Shown here piece by piece: positions 51,672-64,000 of a stretch of 64,000 bases of DNA. The notes beneath the pieces are model-generated. The model saw nothing but the letters and a program-made list of their open reading frames with translations. It was not told where the DNA came from and did not search any database. This stretch comes from Phoronis australis (taxonomy: Eukaryota; Animalia; Phoronida): NCBI GenBank assembly GCA_002633005.1, contig NMRA01000052.1:981235-1045234 (forward strand), read 5' to 3'. The translations under genes were made by a program, and so were the position numbers. The stretch's first letter is position 1, and each line of letters starts with the position of its first letter.

Positions 51672-54600
51672 ATGGATGACATTTTCACTCAAGTGAGGGA
51701 GGGCAATGCCTTCAATGTTCGAATGTGGCTTGATAATACAGAAAATGATTTAAATCAGGGGTAAGTTTTATATCTTGAGTCATTTTATGTGACAGGGATA
51801 GCTTGATACTGTGTGTTTACTTTTCAACTGACTGCACAACCATCGGTTCAGGTCTCTGGTTGCATTTGGTCAGTTCAGTAAGAGTCGCGTACATATACAG
51901 TACCGTCTTTTACAGTGTAAGAGAATGTGAAATTGTTGATCGCGGTGCAGTCACCAGGTGGCTAGACCATCTTGTCCATGAGTCAGCTCTCCTAGAATTT
52001 CCAAACTGTGGAAATCAACAATGTTTCGTGGGCTCCCTAAAAATGGTTTGGCAGGGGGCCGAAAATGAAGCAAAGTTACCAAAAGCAGAAATAGTCATTT
52101 GGCATTGCTTTTGATGTCCGATACTACAAGACAATGCCGTGTTTTTTGTATGAAAATAGTGCACCTGTGGGGATAATCTGACTGAATCTAAGTAAGATAA
52201 TATGCCAGTTTTGGCGTATAAAGAAAATGTATCGCTTTGTGTTCATCTAGAAATTGACGCTGGGGGGATTTTTTACGGAAAGAGTTTCATAGGCTTAATA
52301 TGTTTTTGAACATTTGTGTTATTGCAAACAGGCATTTTAAAGCATTTCCCTGAAGTTTCGCGTCTTTTAAAGGCAAACTTTCAAATGTGGAAACCAAATA
52401 ATTAATGTTTGTCATGCTTTCTGTTGGGTCTACTTGGTCAGAACTTGTGACATCACATCCTGTAAAGAGAAACTTCGTTCGGTAGATTCGAAATGATGCT
52501 AAACAACACCCCTACTCAGACATTTACTTTCATAATCTTGCCAAGATGTTCGATAAATATTGACTTTCTAAAAATCTTGCCAACATTTTCCGAAATCTTC
52601 AAGAACGTGATTTTCATGGAATTGAACGTTCCCGTGAACTCTCTGTTCTGAACAAGAAATGCTGCTTTTTATGTGGGGGCAAAAGGCTGAGAGTTGGACT
52701 TCAATCTCTGTGCACTGACGTGACTGGCATGCACATACATTGTCAATCGTAGATGTCCTGGCAGCAAAGAGGAAGAGCTAGTGTTTAAAAACCTAGTCAA
52801 GAATTTTGAAATCTTGGCAAGCCTCTTTGAAAATGTTTACAAGATTTTTTGAAATGTTTGCAAGATTTTTCTAGAAATCTTGGCAAGGTTGTCTGGAAAT
52901 GTGTATTACGTTGTAAGATATGTTGGTAAGATTTTTAGAAAAATTTTGCAAAATTTTTATTTTATCTCTGTTAAATTTTTAAAATTTCTTTGACTATTTT
53001 TAAGGTGTTAAAAAATCCTGACAACATTTCAAAAGTATTGACAAGACTAATTACCATGTTCTTGAAGTGAAAATTTGGTCCTGAATTTGTGCCACCTTGG
53101 CATTACATGCTTTTGGATGCCATGACGAAGATCCATATTCTCAACGAATAATTCCAAATTCTGCGAATGCTTTTAATCGCAAATAGAATTTTGTGATAAA
53201 ATTTCGAAAACATTGTCGTGACTCATTTTGAGGCAAGGGTGTTGCCGATAAAAATGTTAATTTGTTTACTTAGCTTGCAGTTATATTAAGTGCTATTTTG
53301 GTAATACGACTATTACGTACCTTGGGATATTCCATTTCACTAAACGTATATCAAATATTTTGATTTGATTGTGCTGTGGTCACAAAAATCAGTCATGAAA
53401 TAAGGCATGTGAACACTTCTCGTTTTCTGTAGTTGTACTTAATTGCTTGAACTCAATGGAGCTCACAGGCAGGTGTTATTTTTGGCGGCCACTTCATTCT
53501 TATTTTAGGACATTGTTTGATTCATAAGAAAAATTATCGTTCAGTTAGGGTGTTTTGACATTATCACCGTGATCACTACCAATCTGTGATATTTTATTGA
53601 AGACAAAAAATCTGGTTTGGGACAAAATCCAAAATTTGGGATGGCAAAATTCAAGCCCAAAGTGAATGCTCTTGTTATTGATTTTGAAGATTGGGGCTTG
53701 GGTGATGTGGACACTGAAAATAAACTTGGCAATTCATAGAATCATTGAAAATAGCCACTGAAGGATTTCAATATTTCCCTGTTGCTTGTAACAGCTAGTT
53801 GAATATTGGTTGTTGATTTGTTGATTGTAATTATTGAATTCGTGCTGGCCAATATTTCCTATTTCTAAAATTTGGAATATTCTCATACTTCTCATTCTCT
53901 CAAAGTAGAAATAATTTTTTGTCCAAATTGATCTTTCTTTAATTTTAAAAGACTTCTAACATTTTTGTGAATGTCCCAATTTCTCAAAAAGCTGTAGTAC
54001 AGAACTTAAAACTGACAAAACATACATGTGTCAGGTGTATTTAAAATTTAAAATATCTAAAATTGAAATTCCATCTGTCCACTGTATTGTGTACTTACAG
54101 TAAATTTTACCATAGAAGCCGACATAATCTTTTAAAAATTACGTGGCTGTTTTAAAATTTCTGAATATTTGGCCCAAAATTTTGCCTGGTGTCTGATTGT
54201 GGTGTGTGTTCACAACAGGATAATGAGTGACATGCCATATGTTGTTGTTATCTTGTCATATATGGGCATTGTAGCCTTGAGGTCATGCCACAGTAAGCTC
54301 AGATTGCCAAATGGATTTGGTGTGTATGGCCAACAGAATCTAGGTCATGTGTAATGAATAGTGCTGCAGCTGAGTGTGTAAAATCTTGCCAATTTCTGCC
54401 AAAACAGTTACCAGTATTGACCTTTTTCATTTACAATTCAAACGCTTCGAACATTGTGAACTCCCAAAATTTCTCAAAACATTGTGTGGTGGTAACTATG
54501 ATACAGGAGTTTGAAATGATAAATTGTTTATTTTGTGCTACATATCGTATGTGAAAAATTTTTCATTCGATACTATATTCGTCATTTTCCATACAACGAT

Positions 54601-57600
54601 AGTAGAGCTTGAGAAAGGTTTTTGGCACCAAATGAGATCTTCTTTTCTTATGTAATTTTAAGGAATTTGAACTGTTTTTCAGTAGCTTAAAACCATACAG
54701 GCGTATGCAATAAAGATTAAACTTCTTTCTTCCACTGTGATCATTCACCACGAACTTCACTGCACGCCGTATTGGGGAATGTTAAAATTTTTTAGACGTA
54801 TGAAACTTCCTTGCCACTAATTTAAAACGTGGAGGCAACACAATTTTTAACCAATTGTATCAATCTTACCATAAAAGCCAGAACTGTTGAACATATTCAT
54901 GGCTTCCTGGATTCACTGCACTAAAGCTCAGAGTGAAGTTTCGTCTCGGCTAGTCGCCAGAGTGAAATGCTGCATTTTATTGTCAAACGTATGCGCTATG
55001 AAACTTTTGTGATATGTAAACGCTGCTTATTGTAAATATAGTTCGTGTACTGCAAGACTGTCAATGTAGTGGCATTGAGAACTAATACTTAGTTGGAAGT
55101 GTGCAAACGTGACGATTTAAGACGTATTTTGAATACATTGAATGGGAAATGCGATGGAAACGATTGCCACGATTTCATTACCTATCCACATATCCTCTCA
55201 GTTTGACGGTATATCCCAAGTATTTCAATTTATTCGAAAATAAAGAAAACCTGCTAAATATGTGACAAAAGCCTAATGCGCTGTATATGTCAATGTACAT
55301 CATAACTTCTCACGGAAATGGACGAACTTTGTATCAAAAGACCGTGGTAATTATGGCATAGAACTTGATAATGAGAACATTATTTAGTGCTGCATAACCT
55401 ATGTGAAAACTGAAGAAAAAACTAACTTTCATTTCAAATGAAAGTTAGTTTTGTCCGCCATATTTTGTCTTAAAGTTGTGAGATTTTACTGTGATGCATG
55501 GTCAGCACTGTAGAATTCATTTGTGTCAAAATGGATCAGGAAAATCGGTCTAAAACTATTTATTGGACGAATGCCGACATTAAGTTTAACAGTTAACAAT
55601 TAATATTAGTCAACTGTAAGTTTACAAGAAGGAGATGGACCTAAATGGGTGGTGAATTGAAAACAATAATATTTGATGACTTGAAATTTTTGAAAAGTTC
55701 TTGTTATGTACCAAGAAAAAGGATAACTTGAGCATAGTTTGTATTTGGCTAATATGAACTGTTTCTCTTTACATTGTAGATACTGAAGTGTACTTTTGTT
55801 AAATGTTAACTTTATAAGTTTTTACCTTCTTGATCTAACTCATTCAATTTTCTAGCCACTTTTCGTAGCCTAAACATTCACTAAACTGACATGCATTTAA
55901 TAGGAAAGTGTGTTTTACTGCTAAATGCCAAAGTGTCTACATGCAACATAAAAAAATTCTCTTTAACAAAAAATTCACTTGGCGCAGAGTTGTTGCAGTA
56001 ATATTCATACATTCTTAAAGGTTTTCAGTTCTTCATAATCAGCATATTACAAGCTCATCTTTTCATTGCTATTCCAGAGATGACCACCGCTTCAGCCTGT
56101 TACACTGGGCTGCCTGGGAAGGTCGAGCAAATATTGTAGACATGTTGATTCAGCGCGGAGCTCGTATCAACGCGACTAATATGGGCGATGACACGGCACT
56201 CCACCTAGCGGCCAGTCAAGGCCACAGGGATATCATAGCCATGGTAAGAGTTTTAGTTACGTTAGTGTTCCTCTGTGGTCTTGCCACATTCAAGGGACTG
56301 TAGCTAGCTAGCTGGTTGTATAAAGACTACCGTCTAAGAAGAAGAACAATTCATTTAAGAATTGATGGGAAAAAATCGTCAGTAGGCAGCACTCTTATTT
56401 CATGGTGCTCAAAGCCAAATGTGTGATTGGTCTAAACATTCAGTAGCAGAGTAACACTATTTTTTTCGTTGTGGTAACCGTGTAGTCTATTCAAATAAGA
56501 GAAATTTTTAATGACAGTAATTTATTTCCACACTTTTCGCCCAGATAGTTCTAAAGCTGTATACTGAAACTTTTTGTCCAAGGCTACATTCACGCGAGAC
56601 TCTCTGTTGACTGCTATGAGTAATAAAAACTTATGACTGTACAAACCATTTTGATAATAAAATAGAATTTTCATATGTTTATTTTTACTGTTTGCTACAT
56701 TGATAAGGATTAATCATAATCACTCTCACAATGAAATTCTTTATTTTGGGTATGAACCTGTGGTAGGGTATAGTCATGTTTGGTGCTATACTGAAGGCAG
56801 GTGCACATCTACCATACTCTTTTGCAGTTGATTCAACACAAAGCCAACATCAACGCTGCCAATGAACACGGGAACACGCCATTACATTACGCTTGCTTCT
56901 GGTCGAAGGATTTGTGTGCCGAGGTAAGCTCAACTGTTGATGTAGTAGGTGTACATTGTCAGACAGTGTGTGTTAATTATTAATAACGTAGAAAATATAT
57001 CTGAAACTAAATAAGGCGATCCAGATCCTCCCAAGGATACTATTGTTTCATGAAATGAAGAATATAAATCGGTAAATAAAACAACAAGAATGGATCAACT
57101 GAAATTTGTTTTTTTTTTTTTTTTCAAATTTCAGTTGATCCATTCTTGTTGTTTTATTTACCGATTTATATTAATTATTAAAGGATTTTAAAAATTTGGA
57201 AACTTGTGAGTTAAATCAGGGCCCTCACTCACCTTAGTTGTATGGTGCCTCAGCTTCTATTTTATATTGAAGTCTTGTAATGTACTGCCATAACTGTCAG
57301 CATAAAAATTATATGTTTAAGGGTATGGATATTCTTGTATTTGTTGAGTATTGATGTGTGATGAATTGAAAGCTTGATGTTTAAAAAGTCACTATAAACT
57401 CACCTTTCATCACTAAAGCTAGGTTTTGATTTAAACCACTTAACATTACGAAATTGGTCTCAAATTGTTCCTTAGTCAAAATAGAGATGATTTCAGGGCT
57501 TCCAAAGAACTGACAGTTCATTGTTTCTTGAGACAAGTTTCTACAAGTTATTTTATTCGCCAACCATAGGCTGAAGGTTCATTTAACAAACAGTTCTTTT

Positions 57601-60600
57601 CAAACCCACAAATCACTTCTCATCTGGGGAAAGGTTCAAGTTGGGACCAGTTTTACACAGGGCTTGAAATTTTCCTCTTTTGAGACGATCTCCTCTTTTT
57701 TTGGTTTCGATTTCCTCTTTTTTGATTTCCAGTTTGCTCTTTTTTGTGTCTTTTTTATCATTATTTTGACTTAATCCTTGCAAAATGGTTTATTTCAGTT
57801 AAATTTTACAACACAAAAATATTTCTATCATGCAAGCATATTTGTGGAATGATGCATCACCTGGAAATGTTTCCTCTTTTTTGTCATTGGTTAGTCCAAA
57901 CCCCGTTCATAGTGTTGGGTGGTCTAAAATAATTCACCATTTGTGACCCACCAACAATAAGACATTAAGTTGAACAATAATCTTAAATCCATCTGACCTA
58001 AAGCTGCAGTTGTTGGTGTTGGTTGTCATTGCTAGTTTGTGGTTGTGTTAAATGTTAAAATTGATTGTTTCTTATTTTCACAAACAGAAAAGCATTAGTA
58101 CCTTGACAGCTTCGGCTCCTTTCAGCAGCCATCTTCCGAAGTTATACTTATACATATTAAGTTATCTAAAATTTGGAGCAACCTCATCACCACGCCACTT
58201 AGTGTTCACTAACTTTGGAATATGACTGCTGAGAGGAGTCGAAACTTTTGTGATTGTGAAAATAAGAAACAATCAATTTGTAATTATTTGGTGATGTGTT
58301 AGATGTTAGTTTTTTGTTTCAGGATCTCGTCAATAGCGGTGCGTTAGTTGCTATTGCCAATAAATATGACCAGACACCTCTAGAGAAAGCTAAGCCTTAT
58401 CTGGCTAAAGTACTGTCAGGCAAGTTTGTGGATAAACTTAACATTGTTGGTTTAGTGGACGTTTACTCGAGATCAATTTCACATGTATTAAGGAAAGCCA
58501 AAAGAAGTGAGGATGGATTAATTACGTTATGAGTGAAGCTGCAAGTACTCTGAATTATGAGTTTGAACAAGGTTTTGTGTGGATTCCACGGTGTTTTCAT
58601 TTCTTATTGCTGGCTTGTTTCATTTTAGCATTCTCATGACTTTATTGCTTAATCTTTCAACAGAGCGAGCTTCTGCACTGGGTCAAGATTTGAAAAAAGT
58701 ACCCTTCAAAGACCGAAGCTGGTTGGGCTTTAAGACCAGAAGTCGTAAGTCATGTAGTTTTTCATTTATTTACTTAGTTTTAGTCAAGAAGTTTGAAGTT
58801 AAGATTTCAAATTTTACTATTTTGTCAAAGCAATCTTTCGCGCATATACAGTTGGTGTGCCATTTGTCATCTTCTTGTCTTTGGTTGCTGATAATTTTTC
58901 AAAAAACAGTGTTGACTGTTGTACGTCAAATTTTACATAAATGTGACGAACAGGACCCTGGCTTTCGCTAATTTTCAGGGCTTTCTCACAACCTCAGCAA
59001 CCCCTTACCAGTTTCCTTCAAGGTCTTTGATTTTTCAATGGCTTGATGAAGTTTTGATGAATATTTGTGCTCGTTTTCATAGGATGAAAGGCATGGTACC
59101 TTTTAATTTGTGCCCCATTGATGTAGAACTCAGTAACACATTTCATGAACCTGTTTCTTCACTGAAGATACCTGGTCCTGACATGGTGTGAGTGATACCT
59201 CCTTTCTGTATATGCAGGTGACGCCACTCTGTCAAGACACACTGGTATTGACATTGGCCAACTGAAGCTGTCCAATAGAATTGCATCAACACACTCTGGT
59301 GAGGTAAGCAGGAAATGGTGAGATGCAAAATATTAGCTCTTACACAATGAAGAATCATATGTCTTTAAGTTGTCACTCAAAAATTTTGATATAAATCTCT
59401 TTTTTGTTCTTAGGTGTTGCAGCCTTATTTTTAAGCCTTAGCATATATCGAGAATTTGTGTTTAAAATATTTGGGTAACAGATGAAATTTGTTCAGACCT
59501 TTCGTGTGACAAGGCCTTCTTGAAAATGACTTGCCCTGCTACGTGCTTTTGCTTTTCCAGTGCTTTCGTGGTATGTGGCAAGGTAATGACATCGTCGCCA
59601 AGATCTTGAATATTCGAGACTGCACGCCTAGAATTTCACGAGACTTTGCAGAGGAGTTCCCAAAGTTAAGGTAAAGTTCCCTTCCTATGAGTTCTGCTAG
59701 CTATGCCATCATAGCAGTGAGTTTTGCATTCACTATTCAAAATAATTTTCTGGTTTTGCGTTTTCATATTTCATCAATCCCATGTGTTTTTTTAATTTCT
59801 ACTTATTTTTGAAAATTCATATACATGCAACTCATAATGGTGTTGTTAAATTTTAGAAAATGTTTAATTAGTTTTGTCAGTCTAATGTATACTAACGTGA
59901 ACATTTAGTATACCTGGACTGTACTTTTTGATTTTGTCGAGGCATCGTTACATGAACATTCTGAATATTGTACTGTATAAGGGGTTAGTACTGACGAATT
60001 TTAATCACACAATCAAAGTTTAGCTTCTAACTTCTGAAACTTAAACCAAAGCCAAAAAGTTAAAAGCTTTTCACAGGCTTAAAACAAAATTAATTTAACA
60101 AATTATTGGAAGCATTTTTGGGCTTCATGTTTTCTAGCCTACCAGCAAAATTGGCTAAACCAGAGTCATCTTGCCCCTGAGCTTGTGCTAAATTCGACCC
60201 CTGTGTATAGTTTGTCATTCTCATGTTTTGATGGTGCACTGTTATGTAATCTGCCAGTATTCATTAACGTTATGTTGAGGACTTTGTCGTTGGGTCAGAA
60301 TTGGCCAAGTTCGATTATAAAATACAAATGAATTGGTTTACTAAGCCAAAAATAACATGTTTGAGTTCCAGTACAGCCATACTATAACATGCCTTATTTG
60401 GAGTCGATGTTTTGTAACCGACAAAATTAAACCAAAGCACTTGATTCTCGCCATTGTGTGAAACGGGTTGTCCCAAAGTAATAGTTGTACTACTTAAACA
60501 ATGCTCAAGATTCTTTTATCTGATGACAGTGTAATTGATTTTTGTCATTTATGTGTGTTACTCAAACCCTTTCAGAATCTTCAATAACCCCAACATCCTT

Positions 60601-63600
60601 CCTGTGCTGGGGGCCTGTAACCAGCCTCCTAGACTGGTCGTGCTCAGTCAGTTCATGCCATACGGCTCCTTGTTCAACGTGCTGCATCAAGAGACTGGAG
60701 GTAATGTACCCCTAGTTGAACAGTGACGCCAGTTTGTGTAAAGAACTCCTGGAAGAAACCATTGCGCAGTGATCCAATTATATAAAGTGAAAGCTTTTAA
60801 TGTCTGAAATAAATGTCTCTTAAAACTCGTACGTTGTGTGATGTATTGAAGCTGTGCACACTTGTTGCATTATTACTGTCTTGTACTCTTTTGGAAGAAG
60901 CTTTCACTACTGCATGAATCGAGCCAAAAATAGTGCTGTTGTAAAGCTACGATTTTCTCACCCAGAAAATTGGTCTTGTCCATATGAGCAAACATAGCAC
61001 AGCTGCTGGTTAGCTAAATGTCAAAAATATTAATTGGAACAATTTCACTTCTGATGCTGAATGAATTTGTCTCATAACTTTAATTCCTAGAACAAACTGG
61101 TTTAAATTTATAGGCGATAACCTGGTTTTACTTACTGTTCTATGGTTATTGATCCCACTTTTCACGTCAATCGAAGTGATTACATCCTATAAAGTTATGG
61201 TAAGCCTGTAACATTTGAAAGGAACAAGGTGGAGCTAAATGAGAGGGTGCGAATGTAAAATGTTTAGAAATATTCTGCATTTGACATATTGTGGACAGAT
61301 GGCGAAAGTCAGGTAAATTTTTCACGATTCTGAAATTTCTTCAAAAATTATAGGAAGATGTCTCACTTTTATATCATGTTATTGTGAATTGCCTTGCACT
61401 CGTGTTGAGGAGTAATTATAAGCAAGTGTTGTTGAAAACGGTGAATTTACTTAACGATAGCGTGGCTCAAAGCAGTTTCACCAGCCCTTGTGTTTTTCAG
61501 CCATTGTCGTGGACCAGAACCAAGCGCTGAGGTTTGCTATTGACATTGCACGCGGAATGGACTTCCTTCACTCCATTGAACCAATGTTGCCCAGTTTCTA
61601 CCTCACTAGTAAACACGTGCTGGTACGTACTGATGCATTCTGGGATATAACCAGTAGGGCTACTACCTGGCCAGTTTTTGTGACCATTACACATGTTGGG
61701 GAGATATTGCAGCGTATTTCAAGTAAAACGCACGATCTGCTCTTCTTACTACCAAGTGACTAGCAGTACTGAATATCTACTGGGTTGTTTTCAAAATGTT
61801 GATGGTGAATCCAGAGGCGCAACGCATTCAGTGAGCCGTGACACTTTTTTTGTAAACGTGGGGCGTATTACCCTTAGCTTTTGTGGTGCAGGACATGCCA
61901 AAAAGAATCTAATAAAATCACCCAGAATTCCCCGTCCAGACGGCTGTGTACAAATGGAATTCACATTCAGATTTACTACAATAACTTGTCAGGGCAAGCA
62001 AACCATGTTTTGGCCGGTTATATTTGGTGTGCACCATTTTGTGAGGCAGCATAGGACACTTCTTATCGTTGTTCACTTTCTGAGAATTTGGCCCCATTTC
62101 CTCAAAGCTAAATTTTTGCCGTTGTTCTGTTGCACCACAAAGTGCGTCCAGTAGCTTAAGTTATTTCATGTTATTTATACAATTTTGAATTGACTGTTTT
62201 TCATTACAAAACTGGTGTTTATTTAGATTGTAAAAGTTAAGTAAATTTTAGGTGAAGTGAAAAAAAATTATTAAAAGTTGCTGAGGGTGTGGGAATGAGC
62301 TCTAATTGGTTTGTTAAACAAGTCATAAGTTAAAGCTGGAGTCTCCAGCATAACACATAAGTTGTGTGAGGAACTGGGACTGATGCTCCTTTGTTTGATC
62401 TGCCTCATCCGCCCATGTAACAAGACTCTCTCAACAGATCGATGAGGACCTGGCTAAGATAAACATTGACGACCCGCGCTACCAAAAGGGCAGCAATCTC
62501 GCTGTCAACGGGGTACGGGCATGAGACATCACGTGACATGCCAATCGTTATCAGTTCTACTAACCTCTTGCTCAATGACTGTGAATGAGTTACGAACGTT
62601 GAACTAACTGTGTACGTTAGACTGTCATTGACTGAAATGTCACTAAGTTGTGTGTATCATGATTTACCCCACTTGTATTTCCACCGCGCTTTTGTGTTTT
62701 TCCGTAGTCCGAGATGTTTTTAGACTGGCATTATTAATAGTGTTTCACCTAGTCAGATATATAGACTGCTGTCTCTGCATGCCATTCATTAACAAATCGA
62801 GCCTTGTTTTAATGTTTGTGTGAAGGAATTTAACAAAGCCCCCCTCCCGAAAAGCTCTATTCATTTTTAACTGTAAACAGTTTCATGACACTGCATGCTG
62901 TTCTTGTTTTTTGCCAAAATGTTTCTTTTTCCTTTTTTGACACTCTGTTTGATGCCATTATTCAAAGTAGATTTTATTTTCATTCACGTCATGTATTAAA
63001 TTACATTTCTTCATTATGTTTCATTAATTAACTTCTCTTTGTTTTCATATCGTGAAGATACCAAAGTCACGTTTAATCATTCTGTTTTTGTTTTTCTTGA
63101 AAAAATGATTAATTTTTTGAGATCTCTTTATTTTACATCATTATCTCAAATATCCTTGTTAAACACCACAGCCAGTCAAATGAAACAGTTATGGCAAGCA
63201 CGTCCAGAAATCAAATTTGTTAAAGTTATTAGTATTATTATGCCATTCCTGCTGTACGCATTCTAATATTCAAAGTCAGTTGTCCAAGTTAAAGAGAAGA
63301 TTCCACATCAGGCGTCCAAATTGTGGATCTTGCATAATCACAGCATATTTCCTAGAAATTGCGTTAGCTGTGTTTTGTTTCGATGTCTAGATTGAAATGT
63401 TACATTTATTGTTGATTACTTGGTTTAGTTCTTTTGGATCAATCAGTGGTTGAGTTGTCCAAAGGTGTAGTTTCAAGGCATCCATTGTAATATTGTACCA
63501 TACAAGTGGTTCTTTTCTCTGCCGTAGTTGGACGAGGATCTAACGGCCAGAATAAACATGGGCGACTACAACTTCTCGTTTCATGAGAAAGGGAAGATGT

Positions 63601-64000
63601 TCTCACCAGCCTGGCTGGCACCTGAAGGTGAGTTGACTATGATATTGAACATGATTGGGATGAACATGGGTACGTCAGGAAGGCCTTTGTGGTATTTTTA
63701 GCTGTAATTAAATTTGTTTTGATGTGACCAACTGAATTTAGAGTTATGTGGTTTCTTGCTATTCACTGAGACTGTTACAAAGTGCTTGTGAAGCTCAGCT
63801 TTGTTCTAAATTAATACAATAGGAGGGTCTGTTTTACAGAAATTCTGCCGTGGACAATTTTTAGTTGCATTTCGTTCCTATTATCACCAAGAAATACTTT
63901 GTAACCATGTTTGTCTCATGTCTCTAGCCCTGCAAAAGAAGGCTGAAGACATTAACGTACGCGGTGCCCACATGTGGAGTTATGCTATACTGCTGTGGGA
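51672..64000 (+). CDS. ILK: Integrin-linked kinase (ankyrin repeats + pseudokinase), 3' end beyond window
   Basis: Exons 51672-51760 ([30 protein letters not shown]), 56078-56243, 56828-56923, 58323-58419 (GC donor), 58664-58744, 59218-59303, 59561-59670 ([22 protein letters not shown]), 60576-60700, 61501-61622, [62438-62512 extra exon], 63528-63627 ([33 protein letters not shown]), 63928->64000. All phases are consistent. Confidence 0.98.
52535..53065. repeat. Degenerate minisatellite-like array (aaatcttggcaaga / atcttgccaaga units) in ILK intron
   Basis: Repeated ~20-bp units such as atcttgccaagat, aaatcttggcaag and caagatttttt, present in both orientations. Confidence 0.55.
55418..55452. 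repeat. Perfect 35-bp palindrome
   Basis: aaaactaactttcattt-c-aaatgaaagttagtttt (17-bp arms). Confidence 0.9.
57061..57172. repeat. Perfect 48-bp inverted repeat with a T16 loop
   Basis: 57061-57108 is the exact reverse complement of 57125-57172; spacer 57109-57124 is all T. Confidence 0.95.
58058..58279. repeat. Imperfect inverted repeat (arms 58058-58144 / 58210-58279), possibly a Penelope-like terminal repeat remnant
   Basis: aaattgattgtttcttattttcacaa..ttcggctcctttcagcagccatcttccgaagtta versus taactttggaatatgactgctgagaggagtcgaaac..ttgtgaaaataagaaacaatcaattt. Confidence 0.8.
62438..62512 (+). CDS. ILK: Candidate 75-nt cassette exon in ILK pseudokinase domain
   Basis: ctctctcaacag|ATC...GGG|gtacgg, phase 0-0, open frame [25 protein letters not shown]. 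Confidence 0.72.

Noticed and set aside
1-64000. Prokaryotic-type systems (CRISPR arrays, operons, defence islands), tRNA and rRNA genes
   Set aside because: The window is eukaryotic; no regularly spaced direct repeats or recognisable tRNA/rRNA sequence were seen.

Overview
Animal (bilaterian invertebrate, roughly 37% GC, intron-rich) genomic DNA. It holds five spliced protein-coding genes, which I reconstructed exon by exon from GT/GC-AG boundaries and reading phase. (1) The 3' half of an LRCH gene (+) with a coiled-coil region and calponin-homology (CH) domain and two alternative terminal exons, one giving a transmembrane tail and one a PDZ-ligand tail. (2) A two-exon heparan-sulfate 6-O-sulfotransferase (-). 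(3) Six-exon MRPL19 (+), whose ATG lies only 132 bp from the HS6ST ATG, head-to-head. (4) RRP8 (-), six coding exons. (5) ILK (+), truncated by the window end and head-to-head with RRP8. The most notable points are an extra 75-nt in-frame exon inside the ILK pseudokinase domain, a possibly dual-coding LRCH last exon whose two frames both end in class I PDZ motifs, a cluster of fold-back repeats in MRPL19 intron 1, and a perfect 48-bp hairpin in an ILK intron. A 1.74-kb tandem duplication of the LRCH CH exons is probably an uncollapsed-haplotype assembly artefact. Many MITEs and LINE remnants are present. All calls come from reading the sequence; no searches were run.
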